This document shows, one piece after another, positions 57,201 through 64,000 of a DNA stretch of 64,000 bases. The notes under the pieces are model-generated. The model was not told where the DNA came from and made no database searches. It saw nothing but the letters and a program-made list of their open reading frames with translations. The stretch comes from Azolla caroliniana. Lineage: Eukaryota; Plantae; Polypodiophyta. The DNA is taken from assembly GCA_043228905.1 (NCBI GenBank), contig JBHGNT010000003.1:21514001-21578000 (forward strand). Reading direction: 5' to 3'. Each line of letters starts with the position of its first letter. The first letter of the stretch is position 1. The translations under genes and the position numbers were made by a program.

Positions 57201-59217
57201 ATTCATCTTCTCTACAAGCCCGTTCAACTCTGGGGCCTTTGGCACTGTGTATTCGATCCGAATACCTTGGCACTTGCAGTATTCCTCGAACTGCCTTCAA
57301 CTTCCGACCCGACTCTCGTTCAACTCTAGCTTGGAACTCCTTGAAAACCAACAATACTTGATCCTTCGACTTCAGTACGAAGACCCATGTTTTCCACCTA
57401 TAGTCATCAATGAACGTCACGAAGTACTATCCACCTCGATGCGATGGAGCATCCACATAGCACACGTCCATGTGTACCAATTCTAGTGGCACTTCTCTTC
57501 TCCTCGATGGTCTTGTGTGGAATGCTGCTCTATTCTGCTTTCTGACTAAGCAGTCGACACACTTCTCCAGGTGCACTCCCATGACTTTTGGTAGAAGTTT
57601 CTTGTCTGCTAGTAGGTGCATTCCCTTCTCACTCATGTGGCCTAGCCTCTTATGCCATATTTCTCTTGCCGAGTCGGCTGCCACATTTACTTCCGATTTG
57701 CACAGTCAGGCATGCATCATATATAATGTGTCTTCTTTCTGTGCTCGGGCCACTATAAGATTTCCTCGACAGAACTTCCACTTGCCATTTCAAAAGCTAC
57801 CACTATAGCCTTCGTCATCTAACCTTCTAGTCAATATCAGATTCAATCTGATATCGGGGACATGTCAAAAATCCTTCAAAGTCAGTCAACACCCTATCGA
57901 CGTCGTTAAGCAAACACTTCCGATTCCGGTTAGCCTTCACTCTCCACTGTCACCCATCTTTACATAGCCATGATCCCCGACTATGTAAGTCGAGAAATAC
58001 TCTCTCGACGGAGTTATGTGGAACGATGCCCTGGAATCAATCACCCACGTGCAATCTTCACTTGCAAGATTTGCACTCGTCTACTCACAAATGAACATGA
58101 GTTCTTCATTGCTCGTAGCAATGGCCGAAGTGTTCTTCTCATTAGGAATTTTCCTAGGTTCGACATTATTTCCGACACTCTTATCTTTCTTTAAGTGTCG
58201 ACAGTCCTTCTGGAAGTGTCTAGGCTTTCCACAATAAAAGCACACGGGCTTACCTCTGGACTTCGATCTAGCGTGGGATTTGTCCGTTCGTTGCAGACTT
58301 CTTCTTCGCCGGTCTCTTCCTTTGTCCATATGTTGAGTCAGATTCGACTCCGATTGGGACAAGAATCCTTTGTCTTTCCTCACCTCCTCATTTAGGATGT
58401 TTGTCTTCACCGTCTGTAAAGACAAATTCTCTTCTTGATAGGAGGTGCTGAGAGTAACCACCCGGTTCTCCTAGCTGTCCGGCAGTGTGCACATCAGCAG
58501 GATGGCTTGCATTGCATCATCCAAGGGAAACTTGGTTGTAGCAAGTTGATTTACATACCCCATGAATGTGCTGATGTGTTCGACGATGCTCTCACCGTCT
58601 TTGTATTTCAGCCGTACGATTTTCCTCATCAGCGAGGTTTTATTGAGCGCACTCTTCCTCTCATACAAACCCGACAACTTCTACCACATTTTGTGGGCCA
58701 CATGCTGAAGGACACTTACGTCGACGCACTGTCGGATGGTGGCCACTGCCTTTCTGTTTAGAAGTTTCTAATCTGACTCCAATACCCCCGTGGGTATGTC
58801 TGCTCTATCGACTGGCTCGTACAGGTCTTTCACAATGAGGAGGTCTTCCATCTTTATCTTCCAGTCTGCATAGTTCTGTGAGTTTAGAACTATCATACTT
58901 GGGAAACCGCTCACACCTCCTTCCATACTTGCACCTCAAGCTTTGATACAATTTGTTAAGAAATCGTTCGGTCAAATCACAATGAACGAACTATGCTGAA
59001 ATACGAATCACAAATATGCCAGAAAAAATAGGACAATAATGGTGCACGAAGATTTAACGTGGAAACCCTAAAATAGGAGAAAACCACGAGAACATAGCGT
59101 CACTATGTATAGTGGATATACAACACTCTTATGAGTGTATCAGCCACACAAGGCTCTTATCGTCAGCTGTTACGCACACAACTATGGCGTCGCTCTCACT
59201 CACTCTTTGTCTCACGC
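54295..59217 (-). mobile_element. Near full-length Ty1/copia element H (degenerate), inserted in the integrase of E; 5' LTR interrupted by I
   Basis: 3' LTR 54295-54887; PPT AAGGGGGAG; second LTR from 58954; degenerate tRNA-iMet PBS ~58940-58951; gag-PR-INT-RT-RH order. Confidence 0.93.
54904..58926 (-). pseudogene. Disrupted copia gag-pol of element H
   Basis: CFYCGKPRHFQKDC; WHKRLGH; PELNGLVE; QLDVKTAFLHG; KSLYGLKQAP; CDSQSAI; SDMLTK. Confidence 0.92.
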
Positions 59218-59808
59218 TATCGTGAAGAAAACCGTCCCCAGGCGCAAACCGTGTATAGTGTGTGTGAACCAGCCCTTACACGTGGGCACGTCCCTTGTCG
59301 TATAGTAGATAGGTAGGCACAAAGGTTAAATCCTAGGTAGCAATATTCTATAAGGTAAATCGAGGAGTATCTCTGTCCGAAAGGACAGAGAATTAATGTG
59401 ATGTAAATGGGTGAAACGGCCTCCCTCCTTGAGCTATAAAAGAGAGGGAGACGGGGGAGAGAAGATATCGCGCGCTAGAGGGAACGAAGTGCTGTCGGAC
59501 TGGGACCGAGCTCTTCTTCTTTGTCGTTCTCCATAGCTTTCTTTTGCGCAGGCTCCCAGGAGGATGATTCTGCTCCGTGGAACGCCCGTGTGCTTCTGGC
59601 AGAATCTCCAACTTGCTCTCCTGTGTGCGTGGGTGATCAGGCGTCGGCACCCACCTCGCCGACCTGGTCGGCTGTAACCATTTGAGTTGTCTGCATACAT
59701 ACAAATACATGCCTATATTTACATACACACTCTAGTGTTCTCAACTCGCATCTCCCGTACTGTTGTGACGTGTCCCCGTGCGCTTCTTTGTCTATACGTG
59801 AGTGAGCG

Positions 59809-59840
<32 letters not shown>

Positions 59841-60856
59841 CCTCACCTATTCCTCGGTCCAAGACCCCAGTGGTCCCGCCTTGTTCTCCACGCACGTGCG
59901 TAACAACGCGACATATTTGGTGAACCCGACGTGAACAGGCGGCAGAGGAGTAGAAGATGAGGGGGTCGGAGCTTGCAGAAGCTATGGCTTCGGCTGTAGA
60001 CCGTATAGTGAGTGCGCGCAAAGGCACTGGCGCCCTTGATAGGGCTATCGAGGCGGTTGTCGGTACGATCGGCCGGTTTAGTGGAAAGGATGCCACGAGC
60101 TACTTGGCGTCCTACCGGGCTGAGATGGTAATGAGGGACATTCCGGAAGAGAGGCTTCTAGCCGGATTCCCTCGAGTGGTGATGCCGGGTATCCATACGG
60201 AGGTGCTCGAAGTACGGGCCGAGAGCCGGACCTGGGAGGAGTTCGAAGGTCGGCTCCTCGAAAGATACAGGCTTGAAGATGCGCTTCGACTTTCGAAGCG
60301 GGACTTCATGGAGTGGGTGGAGACCCCCAACAAAGGAAGGAACGCGTCAGTGCTCCTTTGGGAGTTTGAGGAATGCTTCGCGCGCCTCTCGGTGCTTGAC
60401 CAGACCGTTCTGGACACAAGCCGTGTCCTATTGTTTGTTAAGTCGGTTGACGAGCGGAATCGGGAGCAGGTAGGCCTCCTATTGGAGACTGATGACGGGC
60501 TGACGGCCGACTGGGCCGTGGTAAAAAGGGTCTGTGGCCGTTTCGACAAACGGCGGGAATGGGTTGACAAAGGATCGATAGGGGCGAGCTCTGTCGCAAC
60601 AAAGAAGCTCGAGCCAACACCACCAATGCGAAGGGAAGGGACTCGAGATTGGCTCGAGACTGGGTCGGCTTCAACCGGCGTGGTCAAGGGCTCGTCCGGG
60701 GGAGCAGCTCTAGAGGAGCTGACGCGGATGGTAAGGGATCTCTAGATCGCCCAGGCATGGAGGGATGGTGGCGAACAGGCTCGTGACCGACGACCTCTGG
60801 CTAAAAACAGGTGCATCTGGTGTGACGCGGTTGGGCACATCCGGAAGGACTGCGGA
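59218..60856 (+). mobile_element. Ty3/gypsy element I, 5' part (LTR 59218-59913, PBS 59918-59934, gag 59957-60856), truncated after the zinc knuckle
   Basis: Perfect tRNA-Trp PBS; gag closely similar to A; CIWCDAVGHIRKDC then an abrupt junction; left flank ACGC. Confidence 0.9.
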
Positions 60857-61250
60857 GCAAGGCGAGAAGCCAGGAGGAACCGGTGCTGTGAAGATCCCAG
60901 AGAACCTCAAGTTGAGCTTGAGGGGGAGTGTTGAGAGACAAGCTCAACATCGGCCGGATCGGCTGAAGAAGCCGAGGACCGGATTGGTTGGGACCAATCG
61001 GTTAGGCCGAGTGCGTAAACCGGGAGGTCGTTAGGAAAGATATTCCGTGAGGAATATATTTGGGAGTTAGTGTAGGGGCTCTTGATGAGCATTGAAGTAC
61101 TGTCAGTACTTCGGTCAGTCCTTCTAGGGCTTGTATAAAAGTGTTCACTGAGAACGTCTTATGTACAGAGATTGAGTATTATTCTGAAATATAGTTTTTT
61201 GTGTTTCTCTCTCTGTCTCTCCTGCGTATACCGTGTTGGGAGACAGGTCC
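60857..61250 (+). mobile_element. Probable copia 3' end fragment (PPT plus LTR start at 60929)
   Basis: TTGAGGGGGAG-TGTTGAG is the typical copia PPT/LTR junction; TATAAAA at ~61134; right end unclear. Confidence 0.5.
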
Positions 61251-61399
61251 CTCCGGATGGGAAGGGAGAAGAACAGTGCCGACGAACAGTCCCTTCTGAA
61301 ACGGTATGAGGAGTACCCGGCTACGGAGAGCCGGATGATGCAGGCCCGGTGTGAACCGGATGAGGAGTACCCGGCTACGGGCTTGGCTTGCCATGCCAA

Positions 61400-64000
61400 T
61401 TGTCGCCACTCTGATCGAGCCGCCGAGATCTCCGAAGCAGGTGTGGAGGATCCTTCTCCGGCCCGTATATCCTTTCCGGTCTCCGACCCATGCAGTTCAT
61501 CCCCACCCCTTTTCCCCGTTCCCGACACCACCGTGTGCGTGCCGTCCTTTAGTCGTGCTCCGATTTGGCCCTTGATGGCCACTTGCACAATTCTTCTTCA
61601 ACCTTGGGTGTGCCATTCCCGGCTTGGCACACTGCCTGTACTTGCCCTTGCCGGCTCCCTCGGAAACCGTAACCAACCGGTACAGGGGGGGGGGGGGGGG
61701 TTGCACTTAGATAGCTTCCGTCTTGCCGGCTATTGTTGATGCCGAGTCCCATTCCTTGCCACCACCATCCTTCTCTCTCAATCTTATGTTGCCACATTGG
61801 CCGAACAACCAAAGTCTCTGAATCAGTGTGCAGATCCCATAGGACTGGTCTTTGTTTCGTTGCTTGCCGAAATTTGGGTGTCTTTTGTTTGAGTCCCTCC
61901 CAAACTCTCCTCGTGTCTTCCGCGTAGTCGGGTCCCATTTTCCCGCCGCCACCAGCCTTCTCTCAAGGTCTCACGTTGCCACGTTGCCATGCTGGCCGAA
62001 CTGCCGGAGTCTCCGGTCTGGTGTGGGGATCCCGGAGGACCGGACTTCCTTATGCTCATGACCTTGCTGGTAGGTCCGATTCGGTTCGTAGCCGGCGGCC
62101 GCCTCGCCGGCCTGATACCTTCCTTCCCTGCTTTCCGTCGTCCGATCACGTTCACCTGCCGCCACCGTCCTTTCCTATAGGACTCACGCCAGCTCTCAGG
62201 CCGACCGCCGGATCGGTGTGAGGATCTTCATGGGACCTCGGTTTGCTCGCCTTGCTGCTGCCACCGTTCTTCCCTCTAGGTCTCACGCTGGCTCTTGTTG
62301 CGGGTTGCTGAAGTCTCTAGAACCAGTGGGGGTAAGGTCGTTGCTCCACCGCTCGCCGTCTTGTCACATTCACCTGCCGCCACCGATCTCTCCTATAGGA
62401 CTCACACCGACACTCGGGCCGACAGCCGTATCGGTGTGAGGATCTCCGTCGATTGACCTACCGTAGTTCTTTGCCTTCGTCCCCTCGCCGCCACCGATTG
62501 CCACTCTAGGTCTCACGTCGGCTCTCGAGCCGACCACCGAAGTCTCTAGAACCGGTGTGAAGGATCCTCCTTGGGCTCGTTGTAACCTAGACCCTTATCC
62601 CGGGTCGTCTTCGTCTGCAAGTTGAGAGGGTGGCTCGCTCCACACCCTCCCCCGTGGTACCGACGTACCGATCTTCCCGGCCTCTTCGTAGGCCTGTCCT
62701 CTTCGCTCTCCCGGATCGGAAGTCCGCTCTGCCCGGTTCTCGTCTGGGTCCGTCTGTCACTCTCTGGATTGCCGGGTCCCGTTCTCGTGTTGCCACAGAC
62801 CTCTCCTATAGGACTCACGCCGGCACTCAGGCCGATAGGCAGATCGGTGTGAGGATCTTCGTAGGACCGGTCTTCGTTCTCCTCTCTGTGCTCCCGCCAC
62901 CATCTTCCATCTCTTTCGGTCTCACATTGCCACCTCAGCCGAACTGCCGAAGTCTCCGGACAAGATGTGGGGTAACCTTTTTTGTAACGTCTCCTTGGCA
63001 ACTCGTCCGGGCCACCGATCCTTTTAGCGGTGTCGGTTGATAGCATCCGCTCTGTGATCAATCAAACCCCACCTGGGCTTGATGCTCCAATGTCTGGAGT
63101 TTCGGCTCTGATGCCGACCTTGCCGGACTCGTTCCGAACCCTTGATCACCTTCCTTCCAATTCCGGACCTTCGCTCGGTCGGTCTTTCTCCCCATGTAAA
63201 AGAGGGCGGTACTTAGATAGCTTCCGTCTTGTCGGTTGTTGTTGATGTCGAGTACCGTTCCTTGCCACCACCATCCTTCTCTCTCGGCCTTATGTTGCCA
63301 CATTGGCCGAACAACCAAAGTCTCTGAATCAGTGTGCAGATCCCATAGGACCGGCCTTCGTATCGTTGCTTGCCGAAATTCGGGTGTCTTTTGTTTGAGT
63401 CCCTCCCAGACTCTCCTCGTGTCTCCTGTGTAGTCGGGTCCCATTTTCCCGCCGCCACCAGCCTTCTCTCAAGGTCTCACGTTGCCACGTTGCCACGCTG
63501 GCCGAACTGCCGGAGTCTCAGGTCTGGTGTGGGAATCCTGGAGGACCGAACTTCCTTATCTCATGACCTTGCCGGTAGGTCCGATTCGGTTCATAGCTGG
63601 CGGCCGCCTCGCCGGCCTGATACCTTCCTTCCCTGCTTTCCATCGTCCGATCACGTTCACCTGCCGCCACCGTCCTTTCCTATAGGACTCACGGCAGCTC
63701 TCGGGCCGACCGCCGGATCGGTGTGAGGATCGTCGTGGGACCTCGGTTTGCTCGCCTTGATGCTGCCACCGTTCTTCCCTCTAGGTCTCACGCTGGCTCT
63801 TGTTGCGGGTTGCTGAAGTCTCTAGAACCAGTGGGTGTAAGGTCGTTGCTCCACCGCTCGCCGTCTTGTCACATTCACCTGCCGCCACCGATCTCTCCTA
63901 TAGGACTCACACCGACACTCGGGCCGACAGCCGTATCGGTGTGAGGATCTCCGTAGATCGCCCTACCGCAGTTCTTTGCCTTCGTCCCCTCGCCGCCACC
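61400..64000 (-). mobile_element. Internal domain of a third non-autonomous element (G), related to C and F
   Basis: 62500-63210 is homologous (reverse complement) to C 6270-7200; shares the CTCACGCCGGCACTC repeat with F; no pol; LTRs not visible. Confidence 0.8.
61706..64000. repeat. Direct duplication of ~790 bp within G (61706-62495 and 63211-64000)
   Basis: Both copies start ACTTAGATAGCTTCCGTCTTG and remain collinear; paired ORFs in the track (61733/63236, 62218/63723). Confidence 0.92.

Noticed and set aside
60880-60900. Eighth CpG-centred gypsy insertion (CCGG|TGCTGTGAAGATC)
   Set aside because: The terminus is imperfect and the following sequence fits a copia PPT/LTR junction better; not counted
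61685-61700. G16 homopolymer as a PPT or G-quadruplex element
   Set aside because: Not adjacent to a recognisable LTR; sits at a duplication breakpoint and its length may be a sequencing artefact

Overview
Land-plant nuclear DNA (probably a non-seed plant; this is inference). Two dense nests of LTR retrotransposons (1-~20 kb and ~38.6-64 kb) flank an AT-rich, CpG-poor gene island. The island holds a tandem pair of intronless CYP86-clan cytochrome P450 ORFs (the second has lost its E-R-R triad) and a two-exon nuclear gene for organellar ribosomal protein uL23. The nests are dominated by one Ty3/gypsy lineage, with at least 7 autonomous-type copies or fragments and 3 pol-less derivatives, plus several Ty1/copia remnants. 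All retroelement ORFs carry stops or frameshifts. This gypsy lineage shows an unusual, internally consistent set of traits readable from the sequence: a tRNA-Trp primer site with gag starting about 25 nt later; a DHG protease motif and an FLDD RT motif; a conserved GGATTTT slippery site plus stem between gag-PR and RT (candidate -1 frameshift); a G/T-rich PPT preceded by a hairpin; and 4-bp target duplications centred on CpG (or its deamination product) at all seven readable insertions. One element carries a ~105-bp tandem array inside its LTRs (24 units in the 5' LTR, 8 in the 3' LTR) with higher-order periodicity. The pol-less derivatives keep only a Gag N-terminus and reiterate the motif that normally follows the PBS. 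Coordinates were read by eye and no database searches were possible.
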